From assembly GCF_009914755.1 (NCBI RefSeq), contig NC_060927.1: a stretch of 64,000 nucleotides of DNA. One strand, written 5' to 3'. A program made the position numbers and the translations under genes. The first letter of the stretch is position 1. Each line of letters opens with the position of its first letter. Of the stretch, positions 39,003 through 51,480 are shown piece after piece. Below the pieces are notes generated by a model. That model was not told the DNA's origin and did no database searches. It saw nothing but the letters and a program-made list of their open reading frames with translations. Source of the DNA: the human T2T-CHM13v2.0 reference genome, Homo sapiens.

Positions 39003-41032
39003 TAAGCAAATTAACAAGCCAAAATAAAAAAAATAAAAATGTACAAAGTGCATACACAGACACTTCTCAAAAGAAGACATACAAGCCACCAATAATTCTA
39101 AAGTTTATATGGAAAGATAAAAAACCCAAATAACCACGTGAATATGCTCAATTGATCTTGATAAAGGAGCAATGGCAATTCAATGAAACAAATACAGTCT
39201 TTTCAACAAATGATGCTAGAACAACTAGACATCCATAAGCCAACAAAAAGAAGAATCTAGATATGGATGATATGTACCCTTTACAAAATCTTATTTAAAA
39301 TGGATCACAGACTTAAATGTAAAATGCAAAACTATAAAACACCTAGAAGATAACACAGCAGAAAACATACATGATTTTTGGTTTGATACTGACATTTTAG
39401 ATACAACACCAAAGGCAAAATTTTAAAAAGAACAAATTAATAAACTGATCTTAATTAAAGTTAAAAATGTCTGCTCTGTGAAAGATAATGTCAACAGAAT
39501 GCAAAGACAGGCTTTGAACTAGAAGAAAGTATTGGCAAAAGACATATCTGATAAACAAGTGTTATCCAAAATATACAATGACTTCTTAAAACTCAACTAT
39601 AAGAAAACAAACACCCTAATTAAAAATGGGCCAAAGAATTTAGGAAACACTTCACCAAAGAAGGTATACAGATGTCAAATACCCTATGAGAAGATGCTCC
39701 ACATCATATATAATCAGGGAAATGCAAATTAAAATGAGGTAACACTACACACATCTTAGAATGGCCAGAATCCATAACATTGATAACATCAAATGCTAGT
39801 GAGAGAAATTCTCATTCATTATTGGTGAGAATATAGAAAGGTACAGCCAGTTTGGAAGATAGTTTGGCAGGGTTTTTTTTTTTTTCAAAAGAAAATATGA
39901 CATTATTACATCATCTAGCAACTGTGCCTCTTGGTATTCACCCATAAAAGTTAAAAACATATGTTCACAAAAAACTCTACACAAAGATGATGATAGCAGT
40001 TTTACACATAATTACCAAAGGTTGGAAGCAACAGTAGGTAAATTGACAAATAATCTGTGATACAACTAAATAATAAAAAATTATTTAAGACTGAAACCAA
40101 TTAACTATCAATCTATGAAAAAATAAAAAACATAGATGAAACTTAATTGCATATTACTAAATGAAAAAAGGCAGTCTGAAAATGCTATATGCTGTTTGGC
40201 TTCAACTATATGACATTCTGGAAAAGGCAAAACTGTGAAGATAGTAACGAGGTAAGTGGCTGTTCGGGGGAGGAGGGAGGGAAGAATAAATAGGTGGAGC
40301 ATTGAGGAGGTTTAATGTAGTTACACTAATCTGTATAATCCTCTAATGGTGTATATATATATATATATAAATATATATAATATATAATATACATAAAATA
40401 TATATGTCATTACATATTTATTTGAATCTATACAATGTACAACACTGAGAATGAACTTTAATGTAAATTATGGACTTTTAGTGACAAAGACATGTCAGTG
40501 TAAGTTCATCAGTTATAACAAATGTATCACTCTGTGGGGGAATGTTGATAATGGGAGAGGCTATGCTTGTGTATAGATTGTTGGTATATGTGAAATCTCT
40601 GTACTTCTCAATTTTGGTGTGAACCTAAAACTGCTCTAAATATAGTCTATCTTTATATTACAAGAATTTGTTTAAAATAACCAGGTAGATAGTTTAGAAA
40701 CAGTAATAGACATTGCAATCATTGAGTTCATAGTAATTCAAATTAAAAATATATGGATAAGATTAAAGATTAATAAATATTAGAAGTGATTTTCCACAGC
40801 ATGGCCTACGGAGGCAAAAAAAAAAGACTTAATGTCTGAAAGATAGTTTAAGTGATATGAAGTAATATATGAGAAAATCTTCAGTCTCTTCATGATTATT
40901 GTAAAAGAGGAATGAGAGAATTGTTCAGAGGAAAATATTGTTGTGACAGTTCTATAGAATTACAAAGGATGACAACCCAGAAATTCAAGAAAAGCAACAA
41001 ATCTCAATTAGATTAAATTAAACAGACAACCA

Positions 41033-41344
41033 TCTGGGCGCAGAGGCTCATGCCTGTAATCCCAGCACTTTGGGAGGCAAAGGCAAGTGAATCATCTGAG
41101 GTCGGGAGTTCGAAATCATCCTGGCTAACATGGTGAAACCTCATCTCTACTAAAATTACAAAATTAGCTGGGTGTGGTGGCATGTGGCTGTAATCCCAGC
41201 TACTTGGGAGGCTGAGGCAGGAGAATAATTTGAACTTGAAAGGCGGAGGTTGCTGTGAGCCGAAATTGCACCATTGAGCTCCAGCATGGGTGACAGAGTG
41301 AGACTCCACCCCCCCAAAAAATAAATAAATAAAAATTAAATTAA
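41033..41344 (+). mobile_element. AluS (Sp/Sq-like) within old L1ME ORF1 remnants
   Basis: Alu dimer; TSD-like attaaattaaacagacaac / attaaattaaacatacatc. Confidence 0.95.
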
Positions 41345-41626
41345 ATTAAATTAAACATACATCAGCACATAGGCATATAATAGAAAACATAAAATGTGTT
41401 ATAGGTCTCAACAGAATCACCAAATAAAGATAAAAATTTTATATTTACAAAAAAATGCCCTCAATAACTATTAATGTGAAATTACTTTATCAACAGTCTG
41501 AGAGAATATATTTTTAAATTATATGTCAACCTGCTATCCTGAATCCTTAGTAAATTCTACTTGTATTGTTTGGGAAGTAACCCTTGTACAATTTTTTTTC
41601 AATGACTCTTGGTTCAACTCTTAGAG

Positions 41627-41833
41627 CAGAAGTTACAAACCAGAGTATTAGGGTCAAATCTGAACTTTAGCCAAATGTGTTTGTAAATTTATTGGAGCAT
41701 AGCCACAAATATTGATTTAAATATTTTTACAGCTATTTTTGTGTGAGAATTGAGTAGCTGCAATGGAGACTGTGGGGCTTGTAAAGCCTAAAATACTACT
41801 GGGCCCTTTATAAAAGAAGTTTGCTTACCTCTT
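41627..41833. mobile_element. MER58A hAT-Charlie MITE
   Basis: ttttattggagcatagccaca..gaattgagtagctgcaatggagactgtgg..aagcctaaaatact..gccctttataaaagaagtttgc. Confidence 0.8.
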
Positions 41834-42859
41834 CTCCAAAAGAGTTTCATTTTCCTTTGTTGTAGCTAAACTCATTATTAGGTAATATTCTTTCTCCCTG
41901 GAAACAACATGACATTCTCAGCCCACTTCTTGTTTATATAATACTGAAAGCCAAGGTTTATTTGAAGACTAGCGTGGTCACAGGATTTATCATTCTAGAC
42001 TGAAAGTGTCTTTGGCAGGATGACTATGTGCTTAAAAAAATATTAGTAGAGGAGTTTCACATCTAGTTAAGAAAAAAATAGGTCAAAGGGAGTCCAATAA
42101 CTAAAAAAGAAGTTTTGATTTAAGTAATATTTAAAATAGCCTTAGAACATAAAACTTTATTTACAGAACTAATGCAGGAAATAAACAAGCTGACAATCAT
42201 ATCAAAATATATCGTCAGAATTTTACCTCTTGATATTACAGAATATTTGAATAATATGATTAATATACATCACCTAATAAACAAATATAGAATGCTACAA
42301 CCAAAAATAATAGAGCACACAGTCCTTAAACCTATAACAGATAATTAACAGATAATCAAATCAATTATTATGAAAATGTTTAATAGAAAATACACATATT
42401 TGGAATTTTTGAATCACTTGCCCAAGTAATCATTATATTAAAAAACGATATAAGAAAACACTTCTAAGAATCTTAAGCACACCATTCCAGAATAGACTGA
42501 CACATGGATCTAAACAGAATAAAGCTTGTTTTTTAAAAAAAGTGTTGATTTCATTTTTGTAAAATGCTGTAGACTAAAGATGCAGGGGAAACCCATACTA
42601 ACTTTAAGGGAGTTGTACCAACAAAAGCACCACCTACCCTAAAGAGAATAGAAACTGTAGAACCACAAAAAGGAATAAAAACGAAAAAGCGCACAAAAAC
42701 TGTAAAAACACAAAAACAAGCCTCTGGAAAATTTACTTTTTTAGAAAAGAAGCAAGATAAAAATGCTACACTGATGAAAACAGAAACCATTTCTTATGTA
42801 AAAGATCAATACCTCAGAGCTAGACCCAAGAACCCAGATGATGGGTCTCAGAAGTAGAG

Positions 42860-43698
42860 GAAAAAAAAAATAATTAGAAAACCACTCTCAGATTGCAGAA
42901 AGAGTTGCTAGTCAAAAACTCTTTTAAGCCCCCAGAATCAGGGAGGAGTTGTCAATTGTGCTTGAAGGGATTTAAGAATTGCTATGAATCAGTGACTTCT
43001 AGATATAGTTTATTATTTCCCTTTTCGATTGGCAGGGTGTATTGCTGTTGTCTTGCATGGTGTCTTGACTGTGTAATAAGTTTGAGGGAGAATTATACTT
43101 TATTTTTTTCAGTCGCAGGTCTTTTGAAGAGGAGAAACTGCATCCCAAGTGTCTTACCCACATCTAGACCAAATGCAGATGAAGACAGAATAGATTTTAA
43201 GCCAAATATTATAACTGGAGAAAACTTTTGGTAATCTTGGCATGAAAGTAGAGCTATTTTAATGTAAGAAGCACTGAGAATACGTTGTGACTTAAAATTA
43301 TTTGTAACTCCTCCCATCAAATGTGGAGTCTATTTTCCTAGAATTTAAATCTAAGCAGGATGTGTGACTTGCTTGACTAATAAAATGCAGTGGACATTAT
43401 TCTGTCTCTGATCCAAGGCTCAGGCTTGAGAAACCTTACAGCTCTCGCCCTCACAGGAACAAGCCTGAAATTCCACCTTGCAAGACCTTAGGGAGGAAAA
43501 GGTCCAGCCATCTCGGTCATCCTAGCTGAGCCCCCAGACATTCGTTTGCTCCTAGCAAACATTATACAAAGAGAAGGTTAATCGTTCTGGCTAAACCCAG
43601 CCTAAATTTCTAACCTAAAGAATCATGAGTAAATAAATGATTATTGTTTTAACTACCAAGTTATGGGGTAATTTGTTACCCTGTAACAGATAACTGAT
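42860..43698 (+). mobile_element. MLT1 internal 3' end plus MLT1G/H-type LTR (LTR ~43286-43698)
   Basis: Internal ggatttaagaattgctatgaatcagtgact; LTR ctcctcccatcaaatgtggagtctatt..gtgacttgcttgactaataaaatgcagtgg..agaatcatgagtaaataaatgattattgtttt..gataactgata. Confidence 0.72.
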
Positions 43699-43744
43699 AA
43701 ATTTTTTACAACATTTTCCGTAATATAGAAAAACTAAAAATAAC

Positions 43745-44375
43745 CTGGTATTTTCAGTAGAAAATTGATGATCAAGACAAAATTGGATTGTTACTAAACA
43801 ATGGAAGTGAGGAGTTTCTCTAGAATGCCCAAGATATCCTGGGGCAATTCTTTTTCTTTTTCTTTCTTTTTTTTTTTTTTTTTGAGATGGAGTCTTGCTC
43901 TGTCGCCCAGGCTCACTGCAAGCTCCGCCTCCCAGGTTCACGCCATTCTCCTGCCTCAGCCGCCCGAGTAGCTGGGACTACAGGCGCCCGCCACCACGCC
44001 CAGCTAAATTTTGTATTTTTAGTAGAGACGGGGTTTCACCCAGTTAGCCAAGATTGTCTCGATCTCCTGACCTCGTGATCCACCCTCCTCGGCCTCCCAA
44101 AGTGCTGGGATTACAGGCGTGAGCCACCGCTCCTGGCCCCTGGGGCAATTCTTAGTGCCTTCCTGCCCTGCCCTGTGATTAACAAAGTAAAATAACAGCA
44201 AGCTAATGTAAGCAGATCTGAGAGTGACCCACATACTTCAGGGATGAAGTTTTGGTCAGCTCACCCCAGAAGGCATCAACCAAGCCAAGATGATTGCTGA
44301 GCATAAGAAGAATCTAGAACGAGTAAAAGGAAGTAGTTATAAACATTAGTTTTAACCATGTGACCACCTACTGCA
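43745..44375 (+). mobile_element. ERVL internal 3' (dUTPase region) relic, interrupted by AluY
   Basis: gatcaagacaaaattggattgttactaaacaatgga..cttcagggatgaagttttggtca..gtagttataaacattag..ccatgtgacca resembles the ERVL pol/dUTPase 3' consensus. Confidence 0.75.
43851..44138 (-). mobile_element. AluY with a 25-bp internal deletion
   Basis: AluY diagnostics gcaagctccgcc..ttcacgccattc; perfect 15-bp TSD cctggggcaattctt (43838-43852 and 44139-44153). Confidence 0.96.
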
Positions 44376-45128
44376 CATATTTCTTTTGAATTTTATATAC
44401 ACGTATAAATATTTTTTAATTTTAGATAATTTCTATGAAGCCTGTAAAGTATAATATATGTTTAAATATTTTGTTATGTTATATATTAATACATGATGCT
44501 AATTGTAATATTTTCACATAAATAAATATGTGTTTAGGAAAGGGAGGACAGTGTAGCAGTGACAACATGTTATTGCAGAAAGTAAGTAAATCAGAAACAA
44601 ATACATGCAGTACAATTCAATTTATGTAATTTCAAAAGCAGATAAACTAAAACAATATACAACTGAGAGATAAATACAAAAATCGTTAGACTTTTAAGAA
44701 AGAATAAGAATGCTTATTAAAATTGGGATAATACTATTAATAATTGTAATAATATCATACTATAAACAGTGTTTATTAGGCCAGGAGTGTTCTAAGGACT
44801 GTTTAACATAATTACCTAATTGCTACATTAATTCTATGAGTAAGTTATTAATATATGTAATTTTAACAACTATCCTATTACTCTTATTATCCACATGTTA
44901 CTTATTACTATCACATTAATATTCACATATATCAGTCAGGATTTGATCATCAGCAAGTAGAACTACTAGCAGCCTTATGTTAGTGGTAGAAAGTAGACTG
45001 CTTAATTAGCTCTTATAATTGGATAAGTTCAAATTTCTATAACAAAGCCTTTATTGTATATATAAACAATATATAATATATAAGAAATTACATTACCATC
45101 TAAATATATTATAATTTTAATGCTATAT

Positions 45129-45691
45129 TGTGATGGTTAATATTAAGTGTGAACTTGGATTGAAGGACGCAAAGGATTGTTTCTGGGTCTATCTGTGAGG
45201 GTGTTGCCAAAGGATATTGAAATTTGGATCAGTGGACTGGGAGAGGAAGACCCACCCTCAATGTGGGTGGGCACCATCCAATCCGCTGCCAGAGTGGCTA
45301 GAAAAAGCAGGTGAACAAGGTGGAAGAAGCTGGCTTGCTGAGCCTTCCAGCCTTCATCTTTCTCCTGTGTTGGATGCTTCCTGCCCTTGAACATCAGACT
45401 GCAGGTTTTTCAGCCTTTAGACTCTTGGACTTACACCGGCGGTTTGGGAGGGGCTCTTGGGCCTTCGGCCACAGACTGAAGGCTGCAGTGTTGGCTTCCC
45501 TACTTTTGTGGCTTTGGGACTTCGACTGACCCACTCTGCCTTCCTTGCTCCTCAGCTTGCAGATGGCCTATCGTGGGACTTTACATTGTGATCATGTGAG
45601 TCAATTCTCCTTAATAAACTCTCTTTCATATATATATATATATATATATATCCCATTAGTTCTGTCCCTCTGGAAAACCCTGATTAATACA
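45129..45691 (+). mobile_element. MLT2A (MLT2A2-like) ERVL solo LTR
   Basis: tgtgatggttaatattaagtgtgaacttggattgaagga..gacccaccctcaatgtgggtgggcaccatc..ttctgtccctctggaaaaccctgattaataca; internal (TA)n. Confidence 0.92.
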
Positions 45692-45774
45692 TACAAATAT
45701 ATATATATAGGAATGAAAAAGAAAAGAAATGTTACGGATGTATTTATATCAAAACTAGGAAGAACTGTGTATAT

Positions 45775-46135
45775 CAAGTAGTCACATGGTTGCAACTAGT
45801 ATTTAAAACTGCTTTCTTGAAGTTTATATTCTTTTATTTTCAGTGGGTATCTTCAATTGTTTATTTTTTTCATGGGGTAAGCTCATTCCAAACTTTATTC
45901 TTAAAGTGCGTGGGTCACTAGCAGATTTGCCTGTATTGACTTGTAATTTTACCTTTTTAATTATAGCACAGGAACAGTACTAAGGGATGCCCCAGGGGAT
46001 CTTTTGCACTTCTGAGATACTCCTCACCCCCACTGTGGAGTAGCAATCTGATTTTCCCCTGGTCATCAAAATCATTCAAATCAGCAAATACAGCAAGCCA
46101 CTTTTTTGGCTGTTGATTTATCAGCATAAGGAGCC
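45775..46135 (-). mobile_element. ERVL dUTPase-region relic
   Basis: ORF 45957-46166 reads LLMLINQQPKKWLAVFADLNDFDDQGKIRLLLHSGGEEYLRSAKDPLGHPLVL, collinear with ERVL dUTPase LLMPLNQQAKKGVTVLAGVIDPDYQGEIGLLLHNGGKEEYVWNTGDPLGRLLVL. Confidence 0.8.
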
Positions 46136-46789
46136 AGCTGTTAAGATTGTGAATAACCCTTGGCAAGATAAAAATGTAGCTGATGATGCTGGCTTGTCAG
46201 TGTTTCAGAAGTTTGTCTTGGAATGGACTAAATGGGACTATGAGTGCAGCCTAGTGTGACCTCAGCCAGATGAGAAATCAAATGGGAATCACAGCCAGGT
46301 ATCAGGGGAATACATGAAAAACGAAATAGGATAGAGCCATCCAGGAGGACTCCAGGCTCAGATCAAGATAAAAGAGTGTAGTCCATGTGTTCAACAGCTG
46401 CAGATTTCAAGGGCAGAGACCCATGAGCAACAGATGGCCAATGAAAACCTTCATCTGAGAGTCACTCAGGGGCCCAAGGAGTAGCACAAACTCATTGTGA
46501 ATATTCCGGACTCCGCTCCCTTTGTCAGGAAGATATAATGAGCACTTTTCATCTGAGAAAGAAAAAGATGAAAATATTAATATTAAGAAAGACTGAGTAG
46601 CTACCTTAAAATCACTACTGTAATCTGAACAGAAACTACCAAAATTAGAAGCAACTGCTAGATAATGTTAGTAAGCAAAATTAAGTTACTCTGCCATCCC
46701 ACAAAGTGGGATCTACATTTCTTTGGTTACTGGAATGTTAGGTTATCATAATTGCCACGCTACCAAAGTGAGCATCCTGTACTGCAATG

Positions 46790-46950
46790 CATGTTTACTT
46801 CTCTATATTCCTACTAAGCTGTTAACTCTATAGTGACAACATTTGTTCCTTTTTATTTCTTTTCCACTGTATTATTATCAGCCAACATCATTCCTGTAGC
46901 ATATTTGAAACTTAGTAAATATATGAAGAATAAATACAGAAATGAATGAT
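46790..46950 (+). mobile_element. L2 3' terminus
   Basis: ctactaagctgttaactc..acttagtaaatatatgaagaataaatacagaaatgaatga. Confidence 0.55.
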
Positions 46951-47519
46951 TTATGAGGATAGGAGAATAGGAGGGAAGAGTAGGAATGCATTGAACTTGT
47001 AAAATACAAAGAGGGAAAATATGCCATACAAGAGGTGAGGAAAGATAGCAAACTTGGCAGGTGGAGAGCATCATTTTACTTAAGATTGACTCTCTGTACC
47101 ATCATTTAGTGCCAGGAAGCATTTTTTTTCCACTGTTACACAAAAGCACATCTGCTTTTATGATTTATATAAATGCCTTTGATTGTTGTTGTTTTTAATA
47201 TGATTGACTTCATTTAGAGCAATTCTTGCTAAGGGGATTCTATGACAGAGGACTCACTCCATCTCTAGTATTATTTCAAGTAGGTCAATTCAATTAGATA
47301 CATTTTGATTGCATCTACGGAATTGCTATAACATCTATAGATAATAACTTTAAATATCTAAAAAACTAATTTTTTGAAATTTCATTAAAATATAACCAAA
47401 TTCCCTTATGTTGCAATTTATGTTCAGTTGTTTCAGGCATAGTCAGAAGACTTAGAGAATACAATATAGCATTCTCTGTATAATTGTCTGCCGTCTGTTA
47501 TATTCTTAGCCTATAATTC

Positions 47520-47830
47520 TAACTTATCTCTTGCTTTTCTAGTCTCCAGGCTAAACAATTACAGTCCCTTTAACCTTCTTTCAGAGGTCATATTTTTAAT
47601 CCTTTAATCATTTATGGTACTCTCTTTTAATCCTCTGTAAGTTCCCTTTTAAGTTGCAGAGCCAAAACTAAATGTGGTACCCATGAAAGGTTTTAACCAT
47701 GCTGAGATGCTGAGTATAATAGGAGATTTATCTCATGGTATCAACACATTCTTCTTCTCACCATGAATCCCAGTATTGCAGTTTTTAATAACTAAGAAAT
47801 GACATTGTGCACTTATGTTCATCTTGTTAG
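47520..47830 (-). mobile_element. L3/CR1 LINE relic
   Basis: tctccaggctaaacaattacagtccctttaacc..ttttaagttgcagagccaaaactaaatgtggtac..gctgagtataataggagat..cccagtattgca. Confidence 0.7.
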
Positions 47831-48361
47831 TTCATCTTATTACCCACTGCTAATGAATAGCTACAATTGGGATTATGAACCAGAGAACCAAAGACATCAC
47901 TTCAGGATCAAATGTGAATTATACATTCACAATAAAAGAAGAATCATGCAAATTCAGTGACCTTCCTCAGTAATGAAATGACTAACAACTATTACTTACC
48001 CTGGGTATATTATGTACCAGTGTAGGGAGTTAGAGATTCATTTTATCTTTTATCACCATAATAAAAGGTCTGGGCAGGCAAATGTAGAACAAAAAAAGAT
48101 GGAAGGATTAATTTTAAATTAAGCGGTATGTTTCTAACATACGCCTGATAGAGATTCTGTGCTTTTCAAAAACACTCCAACTAAGAATGATATTTTTAAT
48201 AATAGTATTATAATGTTCTTGCCACCAATGGAAGAAGTGTTTATGTAACAGTCATATGAATTTTCCCAAAAGTTTTCTATGCAAGGATTCCCAGATGTCA
48301 GTCAGAGCAGAGTGAAGAGGCTGCATAAAAGTAACCTGGGAATTTCCTTTTCATAGTTCGC

Positions 48362-48710
48362 TTTATTTTTTGAAATAATTGTAATTTATAGGAAGTTTCA
48401 AAGAAATGAACAGGAAGGTTGCATGTACCCTTCACGGAACCTCTCCTAATATCAACACCTTTTATCACCACAATACAATCAAAACCAGGAAAAATAACAT
48501 TGTTACAGTCTTGACAACTAATCTGATTTCACCAGTTACGCATAACACTGAGCACGTGTGTGTTTGTGTATTCATCTCCATGCAATTTTATAGTATTTGT
48601 AGCTTAATGTAACCCTATGAATTAGTCATTACACGAAATAAACATGTATCAAAACATCACATTTTACTCAATAAATGTGTACAATTATTATATGTCAGTA
48701 AAAAATAATA
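48362..48710. mobile_element. L1MC/MD 3' piece (minus, ~48362-48615) abutting an L1MA 3' end (plus, ~48625-48710)
   Basis: ttttgaaataattgtaatttataggaagtt..catgtacccttcac; catgtatcaaaacatcacattttactcaataaatgtgtacaattattatatgtca. Confidence 0.65.
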
Positions 48711-49129
48711 TGAAACATGAACTCTACATTTTTAGAAGTTGTTAAGGTCCTTTGGTCATTTTGAGTGTTCCCCGATTATCACAAGGATCACTGGCAAATA
48801 ACAGAATCGAGGTCTAATAAATAAGACTCATTCATAATAAATTGTGGTTGTCCTATTAATATTAAGAAATTCACAGATTCTGGTGTAGGCATCATTTTAC
48901 ATATGCTGAGAAAATTTCCACATATTCTGATTTTAAGTGTCATATGTTAATAAAATAATAATTTATATTTCACTCTATAGTACATACGCTATAGTATTAT
49001 GAATTCAATAAATAAGAAGTTGAAGAATTTCACCCAATTCATTCAAAATTATTGACTGAGAATTATTAATGTGCAACACTAAAAAATTCTGTTCTTACAC
49101 ATTTTTAATATTAATATTGGAAATAAATG

Positions 49130-50095
49130 ATACAGCTCCCAAACCTATATCTAGTACTGCAAAGAGATATATAAGTACTAACATAAATATCAATACATAG
49201 GTAAAGTATGTGCAGATGACATGATTGATTATGTAGACAATTCTAAAGAAACTCAAAATAACCCTTAGAAGTAATAATTAAGTTAATCAAGGTTGCAGGA
49301 TACAGTATCAGCAAACAAAATCAATTGTGTATGTACTGCAATAAAAACATAGAAATGTAAACTAAAGTTACAATATTATTTACCTAATTCCAAGACAATG
49401 AAATACTTATAAACAAATATAAGAAAACTCATGTATAGGATCTGTAGGCCGAACGTGACAAAAAGCTAGTGAAAGAAGTCAAAGATGACCTAAATAAACA
49501 AGGAAACACACTATGTTCCTTGATTAAAAGGCTCAAAATAATGAAGATGTAAATTCTCCCTGAAAAAAAAATTTAGCAAGGTTATCCATTGACGAAATTA
49601 TTCTAAATTTAATGTAGGAAAGTTAACTAGAATAGCTAAAATAACTTTAGGAAAATAATAACGGAATGAATGAATCACTCTACCTGTTTTTAGGATTTTT
49701 ATACAGCTATAGCAATGAAGAATGCGTGGTACTGGTGGATATGCAGACATATGTATCAGTGCAACACAGCACAGAAACAGCCACACACAAGTATAGATAA
49801 CTGATTTTCTACAATGGTAGAAAAGTAATAAAAAGTAGGAAGAATAGTCTTTTCAAAAAGTGGTGCTGGAAGAGCTGGATATAAAAAAAAAGTTACCTGT
49901 GGTTTGAATATATTTTCTTACAATATGTAGTTTTTATTTTCATTCTCCTAACAAGGTCTTTCACAGAGAAAAATATTTTTGTTTTTATAAAATCCAACTT
50001 ATTATCTTTTATGGATATCTGATAAAGGATTTGAATCTAGAATTTATATGGAACTTTTAAATTCAAAATACAATTTTTAAAAATCCAATTAGAAT
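49130..50095 (+). mobile_element. L1M ORF2 fragment with a short inverted segment (~49895-50010)
   Basis: tgcagatgacatgattgattatgtagacaattctaaagaa, caaagatgacctaaataaac, tcttttcaaaaagtggtgctgg; inverted ttcattctcctaacaaggtctttcacagag. Confidence 0.7.
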
Positions 50096-50439
50096 GTTTT
50101 ACCACAACGTTTCTTCTCAAATTCAAAAATATCAAAATTTTATTCGTGATCTTGCATTTGCCAAGCGTGTCTAGTATTATTTTTATTTGTATAACTTGAA
50201 AATAAAGTTGGTTAATTATGTATTTTGAAAACCTAATCAATTAATTTGCAGAAAACGAAGACAGAAAAATTTTATGTTTAACCAAGATATTACATTAATA
50301 AAATGTTATTATTTGTATTAAAATATGACACAGAAATGTTACTTCTTGCAGTTCTTTTTTATGTTGTTTCTCATGGACTACTATTAACCCTGTTATGTTT
50401 TATAAATAATAAAATATCTTTACAAAAAAGAAATGTATA

Positions 50440-51480
50440 TATAAAATATGATGGAAGTTAAAAAGGGAGAATATTTTCTACTGAAAGCATCACAGAAAGA
50501 TTGATGATGAAAGAAAAATTGGAAATGTGCCATAAAGCATAGACAAAGGTTTGATATTTGAAAAATGGGAGCAAATGTATGAACATAAGCAAAGATTATG
50601 AGCAGGACTATAGTGATCATAAAAGGAAAGAGTGGAAAATAATATCAGAAAGGTGATTTAGAGTCAGGTCATGGAGTGCTGGAAAACAAGCCAGGTCTTT
50701 TCTCTTTATTCTGTAGACAATGAGAATTCAGCAGAGATATTCAACACTACAATATTTATCAGATCAATGTTTCAGAAAGGTGCATTTAGCAACTGTGCAT
50801 ATAATAAATCGGAAGACATACAGAGTAAAAATAGTCCAAAAGTTAGTAAGCAATTTTGATTCTTTAGGTGTGAGGAATAAAGATTTAAACTAGGCTGTTA
50901 GAAACTATAAGTTGGAGAAGAACCGTGCAAGAAAAATAAAAGCTATGGCAGAGAAAGAAATGACAACTGATTGCAAGTGGTTTTTCAGTACTAGATAGCA
51001 GAAAAGTTGCTAGTACTTTGAATCTCTGTCTTATGAAGAGAAGTTAAAAATACAGGAATGAAAGGCAAAGCATTATTGTGGAAGAAGTAAAGATGAGTGT
51101 ATAGTAATAAAGCGGGAGCAGTAAATATAGACTGATTTTTCAAGTTTAATGACTCAAAGGAAGTGGATGGTTGCACAGTTGACTAAGAGATTTTATTAGG
51201 ATAGAAAACATTTAAATAAGTGGAAGAGTAAGTGGAAAATTTTAATAGAGAGGAAAGTAATGAAATGCCAACAAGAATATGATACAAGAAGCAAAATTCT
51301 TCAAAAAGCAGATAGCTTCTGAGACTTATCAGAGTACATTGCCTTGGAAAGAAGAAATGATACCTTTCCGAGATCAAGGAAAAGGATAAAAGGGTAGTAA
51401 AGGTGCCACTGAATTTATGACAGAGAATGAAAGGTGAGTTCCTACCACATTGTGTCAATATTATCAAACAATTTGTTTGT
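50440..51480 (-). mobile_element. L2 fragment
   Basis: tcaggtcatggagtgctggaaaacaagcc..ctttattctgtagacaatgagaa..atcagatcaatgtttcagaaag. Confidence 0.55.

Larger units (their letters stand above)
32870..40645 (+). mobile_element. Fragmented L1MC1/2-type host element (5'UTR/ORF1 ~32870-34700, endonuclease piece 36812-36923, ORF2 end/3'UTR ~39091-40645)
   Basis: ORF1 motif gggcaatgtaagcagagaaag..atgctagaaatcaaaa; endonuclease motif gacccaactgtatgttgtc..|gatggagaaagatatagcatgc; L1MC 3' end tgtcagtgtaagttcatcagttataacaaatgtatcactctg..gtgaacctaaaactgctctaaa. Confidence 0.75.

Noticed and set aside
45957-46166. dUTPase-like ORF as a functional gene
   Set aside because: Partial; the conserved GVIDPDY motif has decayed to DLNDFDD; treated as an ERVL relic
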